Assembly: GCA_035468985.1 (NCBI GenBank)
Contig: DATISF010000069.1
Location: 18,059 to 82,058 of the forward strand
Source: Thermoanaerobaculia bacterium
GTDB lineage: Bacteria; Acidobacteriota; Thermoanaerobaculia; Gp7-AA8
DNA length: 64,000 nucleotides
Reading direction: 5' to 3'
Made by a program: the position numbers and the translations under genes
Shown here: positions 53,101 to 62,461 of the stretch, piece by piece
Numbering within the stretch: the first letter of the stretch is position 1
Layout: every line of letters starts with the position of its first letter
Notes under the pieces: generated by a model
Database searches by the model: none
Told to the model about the DNA's origin: nothing
What the model saw: only the letters and a program-made list of their open reading frames with translations

Positions 53101-55793
53101 ACGTGAACGGCGGCCGAGTTTCGTCGGCGGTGGCCAGCTTCACCACTCGCAGTTGCGTTGCTCCCGAAAAGACGATCATCACATTCGCCCCTGCGAACGC
53201 GGTCGGCGCCGGCTCGACCTACACCATCATCTGGCAGACCGCCTCAGGCCTCGATCCGGATGGCGGATATCTCGTCGAGCGCTCGACGTCCCCCACGTTC
53301 GCGGTCGTGGAATCGCAGGTGACGCTGTCCGCGGCGGCGAGTTTCATCGCCGGAAATCCCGGCACGTACTACCACCGTGTGCGCGCGCTTCCCTCGTGCG
53401 ATCCGTCGAAGAGCGCGCCACCGTCGGACGTTGCCCAGGTCGCGGTGACATCGGCGAAGCCGAACGTCGTTTTCACCGTCCAACCAACAGCCGTCGTCAG
53501 CGCCCTCGGCGATCGGCTCGAGGACAAGCGCGGATCGTTCACGCTCGAGAACATCGGGTCGGCCGTCGTCAACGTCAGCATCGGCCGGACCGAGATCAAC
53601 AACTCTCCTCCGTTCTTCACGATCATCGATCCCCTTGGCAACGACGTATTTGTCACGCTCGAGCCTCGCAAGCCGCGCACGTTCGAGATCCGTTACTCCG
53701 GCCCGAGCAACACGGTCGCCGGCTCGTATCAGGGAGTCATTCAGGTCGCCGGCGGCGGACTCCCCGTCATTCCCTACGCCTTTGTCGAGCTTCGCGTCGG
53801 CGAGGCCGGCGGCGCGGTGCCGCAATTCCTCGTCAACGGTGTTCCATCGGAGTACCTGTCGCTGCCGGGACGCGGCGGAACGACCGACGGAACGGCGACG
53901 GTATCGATCCGCAACAACGGCACGACGCCGATGGAACTGGCGTCCGAGGTGGGTCCGGAGGTGTGGCTGGTGCCGGAACGGGGATGGAACGGAACGCCGA
54001 TCGCTCCGGGTGCGACGCGCACGGTGAATCTCAATACCCGACGGCTGTTTGCGCCGAATGGCTCTCCCCTTCCGCGCTACACGTATTTCACCGTGCGGAC
54101 GAAAGAGGGAGCGTCGGCGCGGCTCCTGGTCCAGGACAACGATGCGGTCGCTGTGACGCGCGGGCGCACGATCGCGCTCGGCGCTTCGGACCGCTCGTTC
54201 ATCGTGCCCGAAGTCACGAGTCGCACGACCGGCGGCGGATCCGTGATCGCATCGCGAATCCGGCTGACGAACGCCGGCACGGACGCGGTGACGACAGATC
54301 TGATCTTTACACCGGCGGCGACCGACGGATTCGATGCATCGGGCGTGAGGCGCACAGTCGTGGTCGCACCGCCGAATGACGTCGTCACTCTCGTCGATCC
54401 GCTGACGCAGTTGATGGGACTGAGCCGGCCCGCGAGCGGCCAACTCGAGATCCGCATTCCGAATCAGCGCCTCGGCCTGATCGCCGTCAACGCTGCAACC
54501 GTTTCGATCGACGGCAACGCGTCGGTGACGATGCCTCTGGTCAACCGCCTCGATGGTGCGCGCGGTAGTGAGGTTCAGTCACTGCTCAATGTCGTCGAAG
54601 ATGCCGCGACGACCACGTCGCTGGTGCTTGCGGAAACCTCGGGTCTCGGCGACACGACCGTCCGCGCAACGCTCTTCGATTCCGCCGGAACGCGGAAGGG
54701 TGATTCTTCGATCAGCCTGCGACGATACGGCTATGCGCGCATCGACAACATCGCCGGCACGCTCGGCGGTGGCTCGACTCTCAGTGCGGGCCGGATCGAG
54801 CTGGCCGTCACGAGCGGCGCGGGCTCGGTGATCGGCGTGGCGATCGTCCGCGACCGATCGTCCGAATCAGGAGCCTCGTTCGTCAGCACACCGACTGGCG
54901 CCGGCGCGGCGGTGGCGCCGATCCTCGGCGCATTTGCGGAGGTCGCGACCGGCATCAAGACAACGGTCGTTCCTGTGATCGGCTCGCCGTCATCGACTGG
55001 CGCGGCACCCTCTTACCAGACATCTCTGACCTTGAGTGCGGCAAGCGCGACATCTGTCGACTTCAAGATCGTGCTCAAGAGTCTCACCGGCGGTAACCTC
55101 GCTTCGCTCGATCCGATTCGGGTGTCGCCGCTGGTTTCTGTCGTCTTCAATGACGTGATGAAAGATCTGTTCAACCAGCCGTCCGCGGCTCAGGGCAGTC
55201 TCTTCATCGACGCGCCCGCCGCGGGAAAGATCTCGGCCGTTCTCCAGTCGGCGGGCAATCCGGCGGCGCATCACGCTCCGTCGTCCGTGATTCCCGTCTC
55301 CAGCGTGCTGTCAGAGCTGGTCACGAGCGGGACTGCCTCGATGCAGCGTCCGCTCTTCTTCGATGGCCTCGAGCAATCGACCGACTCGACACGCGGCAGC
55401 CGATGGCTGTTGATGCTGAACGAGATCGGCGGCGCCGAAGGACAGGTGCGGGTGCTGCTGTTCGAGGCTGGAAATCGTTCCAGCGCGATCGCGGAGAAGC
55501 AGCTCCCCATTCGCCCCTACGAGCAGATGACGCTCGACACGGTCTTCGCCGCCCTCGGACTCGACGCCGCGGACAGGAAGAAGGATCGGACGAACGTCGG
55601 CGTGACCGTGATCGCCACGGCAGGATCGGCTCGCGTGACCGCATCCGCGATCTCGATCGACAATCGCACCGGCGACACGAAGGTGTTCCCGCTGACGCCG
55701 AGCGTCGGTTCGGCAACGCCCGGCGGCATCAACTTCACCGCTGTTCCCACGGCACCGCCGTCGGGAGGGAAGCGCCGCGCCGTCCGGCACTGA
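50130..55793 (+). CDS. Giant secreted NHL-repeat beta-propeller protein with multiple FN3/Ig-like domains
   Basis: Signal peptide. About 12 NHL repeats (GIAVDSAGNIYFSESDGHVVQRVD, GLAFDADDNLYIADHDNNRIRKVD, GVAIDANGNIYIADSSNNRVRRVD...), followed by roughly 1200 aa of FN3-like and Ig-like beta-sandwich modules. Confidence 0.85.
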   Translation: MKTRGRRPIFSPTAALSLLSVCLAIPLAAQSIFTVAGGGSTNQQSATAVTLRDVRGIAVDSAGNIYFSESDGHVVQRVDPKTGLISVYAGNGGGTFGGDGGPAVRAALKGPRGLAFDADDNLYIADHDNNRIRKVDRQTGTITTIAGVDTPPGGGDNGPARDAFVFGPTGVTWHDGSLYIVQDPYNANVVRKIDAKGIISLVAGIGQEGFSGDGGLATQAALGSPGGVAIDANGNIYIADSSNNRVRRVDATTGNIETVVGNGQNSDEIGDGGPGTSATLFYPRAVAFDAAGKLYIADTYHSRVRKYDPVSKIITTVAGNGDYGGGDGNVATEAGLYATMAIAFDRAGNLFVQDGSNSSIRRVDATTQIITTIAGGGTFVGDGLTATSAILSAPRGLALDKSGNLYIADAGHTLVRKVDATTHVISTFAGIVNTYYGDIQDGMDATAAAVGGVMDVAVNDAGEVFIANPHGNSILKVDTAGKISKVAGGGSPADGIGDGGPATAAQIFPRGIGLDAAGNLYITDTDAYETIPHHRIRRVDVQTKVITTIAGGSTPGFAGDGGDAKSALLDSPDQAIVDATGNIFIADSVNGAIRRIDAKTNIITTYAGRGNPADGIGDGLVATSADLYPLHMALDRSTGDLYVADMVHQRIRKIDAKTQIITTIAGTGENGGDFGGDNGPALAAKLNLSDELSGIVVDRAGNVILADTVNHRVREVFACTNVAAPALKSPANGATNAPTAPALSWDAPAGAFRYDVFLDTIPNPARLVASDIDKTSFTPSNLAPNTVYYWSVKAKGDAFCPTVSTATSATQSFTTAAGRCAAGPFDLIAPADGATNVTGVVLSWQPSAGAASYDVYFGNVNPPPFLSNVNATSLTVSPRTGTNYWTVIAHASCDATQTASTPVRSFTPASTGTCTGNASVTLVAPPAGATGVASSVDLAWRADTCSGAPFDVYLGTQNDPPLLATNVSSTTQHIDSLLPSTTYYWKVTGSNVNGGRVSSAVASFTTRSCVAPEKTIITFAPANAVGAGSTYTIIWQTASGLDPDGGYLVERSTSPTFAVVESQVTLSAAASFIAGNPGTYYHRVRALPSCDPSKSAPPSDVAQVAVTSAKPNVVFTVQPTAVVSALGDRLEDKRGSFTLENIGSAVVNVSIGRTEINNSPPFFTIIDPLGNDVFVTLEPRKPRTFEIRYSGPSNTVAGSYQGVIQVAGGGLPVIPYAFVELRVGEAGGAVPQFLVNGVPSEYLSLPGRGGTTDGTATVSIRNNGTTPMELASEVGPEVWLVPERGWNGTPIAPGATRTVNLNTRRLFAPNGSPLPRYTYFTVRTKEGASARLLVQDNDAVAVTRGRTIALGASDRSFIVPEVTSRTTGGGSVIASRIRLTNAGTDAVTTDLIFTPAATDGFDASGVRRTVVVAPPNDVVTLVDPLTQLMGLSRPASGQLEIRIPNQRLGLIAVNAATVSIDGNASVTMPLVNRLDGARGSEVQSLLNVVEDAATTTSLVLAETSGLGDTTVRATLFDSAGTRKGDSSISLRRYGYARIDNIAGTLGGGSTLSAGRIELAVTSGAGSVIGVAIVRDRSSESGASFVSTPTGAGAAVAPILGAFAEVATGIKTTVVPVIGSPSSTGAAPSYQTSLTLSAASATSVDFKIVLKSLTGGNLASLDPIRVSPLVSVVFNDVMKDLFNQPSAAQGSLFIDAPAAGKISAVLQSAGNPAAHHAPSSVIPVSSVLSELVTSGTASMQRPLFFDGLEQSTDSTRGSRWLLMLNEIGGAEGQVRVLLFEAGNRSSAIAEKQLPIRPYEQMTLDTVFAALGLDAADRKKDRTNVGVTVIATAGSARVTASAISIDNRTGDTKVFPLTPSVGSATPGGINFTAVPTAPPSGGKRRAVRH

Positions 55794-55802
55794 CGCGGCG
55801 CT
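55771..55802. terminator. Possible bidirectional terminator hairpin between convergent genes
   Basis: 9-bp stem agcgccgcg/cgcggcgct with the NHL-gene TGA in the loop, followed by T-rich tcgctcactcacctctttcg. Confidence 0.25.
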
Positions 55803-55810
55803 TCGCTCAC

Positions 55811-56548
55811 TCACCTCTTTCGCGCCACAAGGATCAGCCGCGGCGAACCGAGCCGGAATGGGTCACGCTCGAGAGACGAGTACGTCCCCTCGATCACAAA
55901 CCCCGAGGTTTCGAACATTTCTCGCAACTCGGCGACCGTGAACACTGATGTACTGGCTGTCTTCTTCTCGCGTTGATCACCTCGAATGAACGTGTATTCG
56001 ACGTCGAGGCGGCTCCCGGCGATGTCGTACGACGCGGAGCTGAGAAACAGAATGTCGGCGACTTCCATCCAACGGCGTTGTTGCAGCGCCGGGAGGAGCG
56101 ACTCGGCGGTCGCGCCCGTATCGAGGACGAACGAGCCGCCGCTCTCGAGCGCGGACGCAACCGCCGCGACGCAATCCTTCGTTCCCGCTCGGCCGATGTA
56201 TCCGAAACTGTTCCCCATGCAGATCGCGCCGTGGAAGCGCCCACGCCAGGGCAGATCGCGCATGTCACGCCGCTGCCAGTCGACCGCGACGCCCGCCGTC
56301 TCCGCCGTTTTTCTCGCCATCGCGAGAAATGCCGGCGAGAGGTCGACGGCGGTCATGCCATAGCCGGCGCGGCTCAGAGGAATCGCATGACGGCCGGCGC
56401 CGCAGGCGAGGTCGAGGACTTCCCGTCCGTCAGGCGGCCCGAAGACGGCCTTCAGAAAATCGATGTCATCGCCGGCCGGAGGAGCGGCCGCCGTCCAGAA
56501 ATCGACGGCCACGCCGTCGAAGAAATCGCGAAACCATTCGTTGTCCAC
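55811..56548 (-). CDS. Class I SAM-dependent methyltransferase
   Basis: Motif I VLDLACGAGRH and downstream acidic loop. 245 aa. Confidence 0.8.
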   Translation of the reverse strand: MDNEWFRDFFDGVAVDFWTAAAPPAGDDIDFLKAVFGPPDGREVLDLACGAGRHAIPLSRAGYGMTAVDLSPAFLAMARKTAETAGVAVDWQRRDMRDLPWRGRFHGAICMGNSFGYIGRAGTKDCVAAVASALESGGSFVLDTGATAESLLPALQQRRWMEVADILFLSSASYDIAGSRLDVEYTFIRGDQREKKTASTSVFTVAELREMFETSGFVIEGTYSSLERDPFRLGSPRLILVARKR

Positions 56549-56930
56549 GTGAGTTCTCCATTCTCGTCAGGCGACACGAATGCCACGATCCGCGTCGCGG
56601 GCGGATGGGAGGGAGCGGACAACTCAGATGGCGGCGTTTCTCAGAGGCAGGTCCGAGGGGAATTGTACCGCGTCGATGTCTGGCGTGCGGAGTTGACGCG
56701 TCGATCGGGCGGACATACTTTATGGATATGACCAACGTCCTGCACCGCACGCCTTTGGTCAGCCGTCCCCGCCTGCATCGCCTCCATCAGCGCTTCTGGG
56801 CATCGCAGACCTCGGTCTGAGACCGCCCGAGCGTTGCTTCCCCTGAACCGTGTCTTTCCACGCGTGAGCTACGCCTGTGGGAGGCAGCCCCCGGGTGGCC
56901 TTTGCGTCACCCGTGTCGAAGGAGGCTGTC

Positions 56931-58910
56931 ATGGTTGCGTTCATCACGGTTTCACAATTCCTCTGGGCCGTTGCAATCGTGCTCGCGCTTGCCGCGTCCA
57001 TGGTTGCGGTGCAATCACTGCATCGGATCGGTCCCGACCAGGTCGGGCTGGTCACCAAGCGAGCGTCCTTGCGCCGACTTGCGAACGATGATCCCATCGC
57101 GTTCGACGGCGAAGCCGGATACCAGGCCGACTTGCTGATGCCGGGAGTTCGCTGGAAATCGATCCTGCTTTATCGCGTGGAGAAGTTCCCCTGGGCTCAG
57201 GTTCCGGCCGGCGAGATCGGTGTGGTCATCGCGCAGGTCGGCCGGCCGCTGCCGATCGGAGCGAAGTCCGCCGTGTACCGCGAAAAATTCGGCGACTTCA
57301 GCGACGTACGTGCATTCGTCGAGCACGGCGGACAGAAGGGCGTGCAACGGCCCGTTCTGCCTCCCGGCACTCTCCTGCCGATCCACCCGATCGCCTTCCT
57401 CGTGATCACGAAAGAGCGCGTGTTCGGCCGCCCAATCTCGGCGGAACTGCAAGGCCAGCGCGCGTTGTCTCCACGCTCGTTCGGCCTCGACGCCCATCAA
57501 CTGGATGTCGTCCGGATCGAACCGGAGCGCGATGACGACGGCGAGATCACGGACATGATCGGCATCGTCACGACGTACGAGGGAGATCCGCTGCCGGCCG
57601 GCGACATCGCCAATCGCATCGGCGGCTTCTCCGACATCGAGGCGCTGGAGGCCGAAGGATCGCCCGACGCTCGCATCATCGAGGCGGTTCTGGGCAGCAA
57701 GAACGACGCCCACAACAACTACCAGGACTTCCAGCGGTTTCTCGACCGCGGCGGCAGGATCGGTCTGCAACACGATCCCCTGCTGTACGGAGGCTACACA
57801 CTGAATCCATTCCTGGTCAGCGTGGAGAGAGTTTCGATGCTGGTGGTTCAGCAGGGACAGGTTGCGGTCGTCAAGTCTTTCGTGGGACTTCCGACGAAGG
57901 ACACGTCCGGCAGCGAATTCACGCACGGAAGCCTCGTGCGTCCCGGACATCGCGGAATCTGGCAGGAGGCGCTGCGTACCGGGAAGTACGCGATCAATCC
58001 GCGCTGCTATCAGGCCGAGATCGTGCCGACGTCCATCCTTACTCTGAACTGGGCCAACGCCGTATCGCAGGCACACAAGCTCGATGAGCGTCTGCAGCAG
58101 ATCGAAGCGAAGAGCCGCGAGGGCTTCGTCTTCAAGATCGATCTGCAGGTGCAGATCCATGTTCCCGACACCGAAGCGCCCTATGTGATCTCGATTGTGG
58201 GAACGATGAAGAATCTCGTGAACGAGGTGCTGCAGGCAGCGGTTGGCAATCACTTCCGCGACAAACTGCAGAGCATGCCGGCCATCACATTCATCGAGAC
58301 CCGCCAGGAAGTGCAACAGAAGGCGCTGGCGCACATCAAGGAGCAGTTGTCACAGTACCGCGTCGCCACGAAAGGCGTGTACATTCAGGACGTCGTCCTG
58401 CCGGCCGACATGGTCGCGGTGCTCACCCAACGCGAAATTGCCAGCCAGGAGATTGAGACCTTCCAGCGCCAGCAGGAAGCACAACGCGTCCGCATCGAGA
58501 TGGAGAAAGCGAAGGGGACCGCGGACATGCAGGCCCGTCTCGCACAATCGCAAGTCGGTGTGGACATCAAGACCAATGAGTCTCTGGCGCGAAAGGCGGA
58601 GGCGGATGGTGAAGCGGAGTACATCCGCGAAACCGGACGCGCGCGAAGCGCAGAGATCGAGGCGGTTGGTCTCGCGCGCGCAAAAGGCTACGACGCGCAG
58701 CAGACCGCCCTCGGCCGCGAGGCCACGGCGATCGTCAATGCCATTGAGGCCCTCGGCCGGATGAGCGGACGCCTCGTGCCGGAGGTCCTGTCGATCAACA
58801 CCAACGGCGGCGGCACGGGATCGCTCGAAGGCGTGGCATCGACGCTGATGTCGTATTTGCATTCAGCGACATCGAATGATGCGAAACGCGCTCAGGACAC
58901 ACGACACTGA
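56931..58910 (+). CDS. Flotillin-like SPFH/band-7 domain protein with long coiled-coil region
   Basis: N-terminal TM (FITVSQFLWAVAIVLALAA), SPFH-like domain, then an extended E/A/Q/R-rich coiled coil (QRQQEAQRVRIEMEKAKGTADMQARLAQSQ...). GGAGG RBS. Confidence 0.8.
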   Translation: MVAFITVSQFLWAVAIVLALAASMVAVQSLHRIGPDQVGLVTKRASLRRLANDDPIAFDGEAGYQADLLMPGVRWKSILLYRVEKFPWAQVPAGEIGVVIAQVGRPLPIGAKSAVYREKFGDFSDVRAFVEHGGQKGVQRPVLPPGTLLPIHPIAFLVITKERVFGRPISAELQGQRALSPRSFGLDAHQLDVVRIEPERDDDGEITDMIGIVTTYEGDPLPAGDIANRIGGFSDIEALEAEGSPDARIIEAVLGSKNDAHNNYQDFQRFLDRGGRIGLQHDPLLYGGYTLNPFLVSVERVSMLVVQQGQVAVVKSFVGLPTKDTSGSEFTHGSLVRPGHRGIWQEALRTGKYAINPRCYQAEIVPTSILTLNWANAVSQAHKLDERLQQIEAKSREGFVFKIDLQVQIHVPDTEAPYVISIVGTMKNLVNEVLQAAVGNHFRDKLQSMPAITFIETRQEVQQKALAHIKEQLSQYRVATKGVYIQDVVLPADMVAVLTQREIASQEIETFQRQQEAQRVRIEMEKAKGTADMQARLAQSQVGVDIKTNESLARKAEADGEAEYIRETGRARSAEIEAVGLARAKGYDAQQTALGREATAIVNAIEALGRMSGRLVPEVLSINTNGGGTGSLEGVASTLMSYLHSATSNDAKRAQDTRH

Positions 58911-59064
58911 ACTTTGCGGCGGCCGCGGATGGATGCGGCCGCCGCATGTTCCCGTGCTGCACGGATCACGCCGGCCGCGCCACACCGCAGAGTGATTGTC
59001 CCCACATCGTCGATCACTGCTGCCGATCCATACTGCAGGTTCATCCCTGCCAATGGAGGTGCGC

Positions 59065-62000
59065 ATGCTCGGGAACCATGTCCGGGCCGGGTTTCTTTGC
59101 CGGTATTTTGCGTGGGTCGCGCTGTTGCCGTCGCTCGCGTTGGGTGCGACAGTCGAACAACAAGCTCGTTCCGCGCGAAGCGTTGTCGTTGCGGCATGCC
59201 GGAACGGTGATGAAGCCCGCGTCGCGCCGGCCCTCGCACGGCGACTGCACGTTCCCGAGGCCCGCCTGAGGAAAGCGCTGCGGCGGCTCAACAACACGGG
59301 CGAGGCTCCGAAGCGCTTGTGCGATCTGACGGTCGAGGATCTCGAGCAGATCCTCACCGATGCCGCGCGGTCGAACGAAGGAAAATCAGAGTCGCGCGAC
59401 GAGTGGATGCGGTTCACGATCGGTGACGAGAAGGGCTCGATCCCACCCGGCGGCCTGGCCCGCGCGCTCGAACAGCGCAAGGCACTGGTGCGGCAATCGG
59501 CCGGAGTCCTTCGTCCCGAATCGAACCTGGCCGCGCTTCCTTCCAGCCCTGCCGGTTGGACGAACGTCACCGGCTACGAGCATCCGGTCGGCAGCATCAA
59601 CGCACTTCTGATTCATCCGACCTCGACCAATACGATGTGGGCGGGCGCGGACGGCGGCGGAATCTGGAAGACGACCGACGGTGGCACCACCTGGCAGGCC
59701 GCTGACGACTTCCTGGCCTCGCTCTCTGTATCGTCATTTGCGATGCGCCCCGGCGATCCGTCGACGATCTACGCCGCCACCGGCGCTCAGGGCTCACACA
59801 CCGGAATGGGAGGCGCCGGCGTGTTCAAATCCACCGACGGCGGGACTCATTGGACTCCGTTGCCTGCGACTGATCCCGCCTCCAACGTGGACTGGCAGTA
59901 CACATATCAACTTGCCATTCATCCCACGGACTCCACCACGGTGATCGCGGCAACCTACGGCGGCGCATACATCACGACGACCGGCGGTACGAGCTGGACG
60001 AAGATTTCCGCGACAACGACGCTGGTGCGCAACGTCGCCATTCATCCTTCGAACGGCAACCTGCGCGTCATCGCCATGGACAACGGCACCGTCAAGATCG
60101 CCACGGACGGGTCGACCTACTACCCGTACACGATTGCCACGGTGACAGGTTCGAGCTTTACGCGCATCGCACTCGCACCCTCGAATCAGAACATCATGTA
60201 CGCGCTGCTCAACAACGGTGGGACGACGCAGATCTACCGTTCATCGACCATGGGAACCTCGTGGACCCCGGTCACGCCGCCGTCCCCGACCTTCTTCCGA
60301 GGCTTCCTCAGCTACACCGGTGGGCTGTGGGTCGATCCGACCAACCCGAACCACATCGCGGTTGGGGAGTTATGGTCGGCGGTCACGAGTGATGCGTCCC
60401 TTCCCTCGCCGACATGGAGCAGCTTGTGCTGCGGCTGGGCCGATTTTCACGGAATGTTGAGTCACCCCGGTTACAACGGCTCCAGCAACAAGATCGTGTT
60501 TTTTTTCGACGACGGAGGACTCTATCGCTGGGCCGATGTGGATACGGTTGCGACCACCCAACCATCGTATCTGACACCGAACGGGATCACGGTGAGTGAG
60601 GTCTACTCGGTGGCCGGGCGCGGCGGCAACCTGATCTTCGGAGCGCAGGACGTCGGGGCGCGGATCTTCATGACAACCGCGAGCGACTCAACGCAGAAGT
60701 GGCGTTTCACATCCTTTCCGTACACGTTCACTCGACTCTACGGCGACGGTGCCACGGCCGCCGCCGACCGCACGAGCTCCAACATCCTCTACGGTTCGCT
60801 GCAGCACCTGACGTTGCAACGCTCACTCGACGGAGGCTCGACGAGCCAGCTCATCTGCCAGGGGATCACGGACATCAATTGTGACCCCATCGCCCATCCG
60901 GATCTGCTCGAGGTAGGAAACAACTCAGCATTCATCGCTCCTTTTGTCCTCGATCCGAACAATCAGAGCCGTATGATCGCCGGCGCCAGCTCGTTGTGGC
61001 GTTCGAATAACGTGTCGAGCGGAAATCCGCCGACGTGGAGCGTGATTCACACGAATCCCGGCGGCTGTTGTGTTTCGGCGATCGCGGTCGCGCCAACCAA
61101 CTCGGACGTGATCTGGGTCGCGTATACAACAGGAGCCGTCTTCAAAACCGCCAACGGCACGGCCCCGACGCCGTCATGGACGCAGGTCACGAACGTCCCG
61201 GCGGGAAACAAGCTTCGGATCTACATCGACCGCACGAGCTCCAGCCGCGTCTACATCGGTCTGTCGGGCTTCCTCGCCAACCGGCTGGTGATGACACCCG
61301 ACAATGCCGCGAATTGGTACCCTGTGAGCGGCCTTCCGAGCGCGAGCGTCTTCGCCATCCAGCAGCACCCGAACAACTCCTCATGGTGGTATGTCGGCAC
61401 CGCGGTCGGGCTCTTCGCGAGCGCGGACGGCGGCACGACGTGGAGCACGACAAACGAGGGCCCGGCAAACGTCCAGGTGCGCGACCTGAACTGGTATTCC
61501 GAAACCGGCGCGAGCGCGGTTCTGCTCGTGGGGACGTTCGGCCGCGGCATCTGGCGCGCAACGCTCGATTCTTCCGTCTCCCTTACGGCACCGACCGGAC
61601 TGATCGCAACGGGAGCGAGCAGCATGGTTTGCGCGCGGCCACCCGATTCAACTGGCGCTTCTGGCGTGACAGATGGCTCGGGAATTCAACCGGCGATCGA
61701 CTGGCCGCCGTGCAGCACCTCGGTTTCGCTGACTTGGAATCCCGTCGCCGGTGCCACCTACAACATCTACCGGAGCAGCAGCCTCTTCTCCTACGCTCAG
61801 GTCGGCACCTCGGCCGGGCCGTCGTACACGGATTCAGCGTCGCCGGGAGTGGCGTATCTGTACATGGTGCGGGCCACGGACGGATCCAACGAGTCACCCA
61901 ACAGCAATGCCGACCTGGCCACGACCGTCGGATTCTCAGATGCGACTCTCACCGCTGGCATGCCCATCAGGGCGGTGCACATGACGGACCTCCGCTCCGC

Positions 62001-62235
62001 AATCAACCTCGTGCGCACACTTGCGGCACTTGGCTCTGCCACGCTCACGGACGCGACGCTCGATTCCTCCGTCACGGTCAAGAGGGTCCACCTGACGGAG
62101 CTGCGCGACGCGCTCGACGCGGCCAGGGCCACATTGGGCCTGCCGGCGCTCACGTACACCGATTCGACGATCACCGCGCAAAGCACGCCCATCAGGGCGG
62201 TGCACATCACCGAGCTTCGGGATGGGGTGAAGTAG
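59065..62235 (+). CDS. Secreted BNR/Asp-box repeat beta-propeller protein (sortilin/GH74-like) with FN3 and conserved C-terminal motif module
   Basis: Signal peptide. Multiple S-x-D-x-G-x-T-W BNR repeats (TTDGGTTWQ, STDGGTHWT, TTGGTSWT, SADGGTTWS). FN3 (YNIYRSSS...YLYMVRATDG), then the same DLATTV...IRAVHxxELR tandem module as the ELWxxDGT protein. GGAGG RBS. Confidence 0.8.
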   Translation: MLGNHVRAGFLCRYFAWVALLPSLALGATVEQQARSARSVVVAACRNGDEARVAPALARRLHVPEARLRKALRRLNNTGEAPKRLCDLTVEDLEQILTDAARSNEGKSESRDEWMRFTIGDEKGSIPPGGLARALEQRKALVRQSAGVLRPESNLAALPSSPAGWTNVTGYEHPVGSINALLIHPTSTNTMWAGADGGGIWKTTDGGTTWQAADDFLASLSVSSFAMRPGDPSTIYAATGAQGSHTGMGGAGVFKSTDGGTHWTPLPATDPASNVDWQYTYQLAIHPTDSTTVIAATYGGAYITTTGGTSWTKISATTTLVRNVAIHPSNGNLRVIAMDNGTVKIATDGSTYYPYTIATVTGSSFTRIALAPSNQNIMYALLNNGGTTQIYRSSTMGTSWTPVTPPSPTFFRGFLSYTGGLWVDPTNPNHIAVGELWSAVTSDASLPSPTWSSLCCGWADFHGMLSHPGYNGSSNKIVFFFDDGGLYRWADVDTVATTQPSYLTPNGITVSEVYSVAGRGGNLIFGAQDVGARIFMTTASDSTQKWRFTSFPYTFTRLYGDGATAAADRTSSNILYGSLQHLTLQRSLDGGSTSQLICQGITDINCDPIAHPDLLEVGNNSAFIAPFVLDPNNQSRMIAGASSLWRSNNVSSGNPPTWSVIHTNPGGCCVSAIAVAPTNSDVIWVAYTTGAVFKTANGTAPTPSWTQVTNVPAGNKLRIYIDRTSSSRVYIGLSGFLANRLVMTPDNAANWYPVSGLPSASVFAIQQHPNNSSWWYVGTAVGLFASADGGTTWSTTNEGPANVQVRDLNWYSETGASAVLLVGTFGRGIWRATLDSSVSLTAPTGLIATGASSMVCARPPDSTGASGVTDGSGIQPAIDWPPCSTSVSLTWNPVAGATYNIYRSSSLFSYAQVGTSAGPSYTDSASPGVAYLYMVRATDGSNESPNSNADLATTVGFSDATLTAGMPIRAVHMTDLRSAINLVRTLAALGSATLTDATLDSSVTVKRVHLTELRDALDAARATLGLPALTYTDSTITAQSTPIRAVHITELRDGVK

Positions 62236-62461
62236 GAAACCCTTGGTTCACCGAAAGCGAAATGAGATTCGTCACCGGTACTAGTGATCCAACGCCCAGA
62301 TTTCCGCGGGTCGGGAGCTGGATTGTGGATCAGTTCCTGTGAGGAGTAGTATCGCCCGGTCGTTACCACTTTGACAGCTGTTTGAGCAGGGTGCCCTACC
62401 TACTCAAACGGCCGTGGGCGCCCCTGCCGTCTCTTCATCCGCTGCTGAAAGCGAGGCTGAT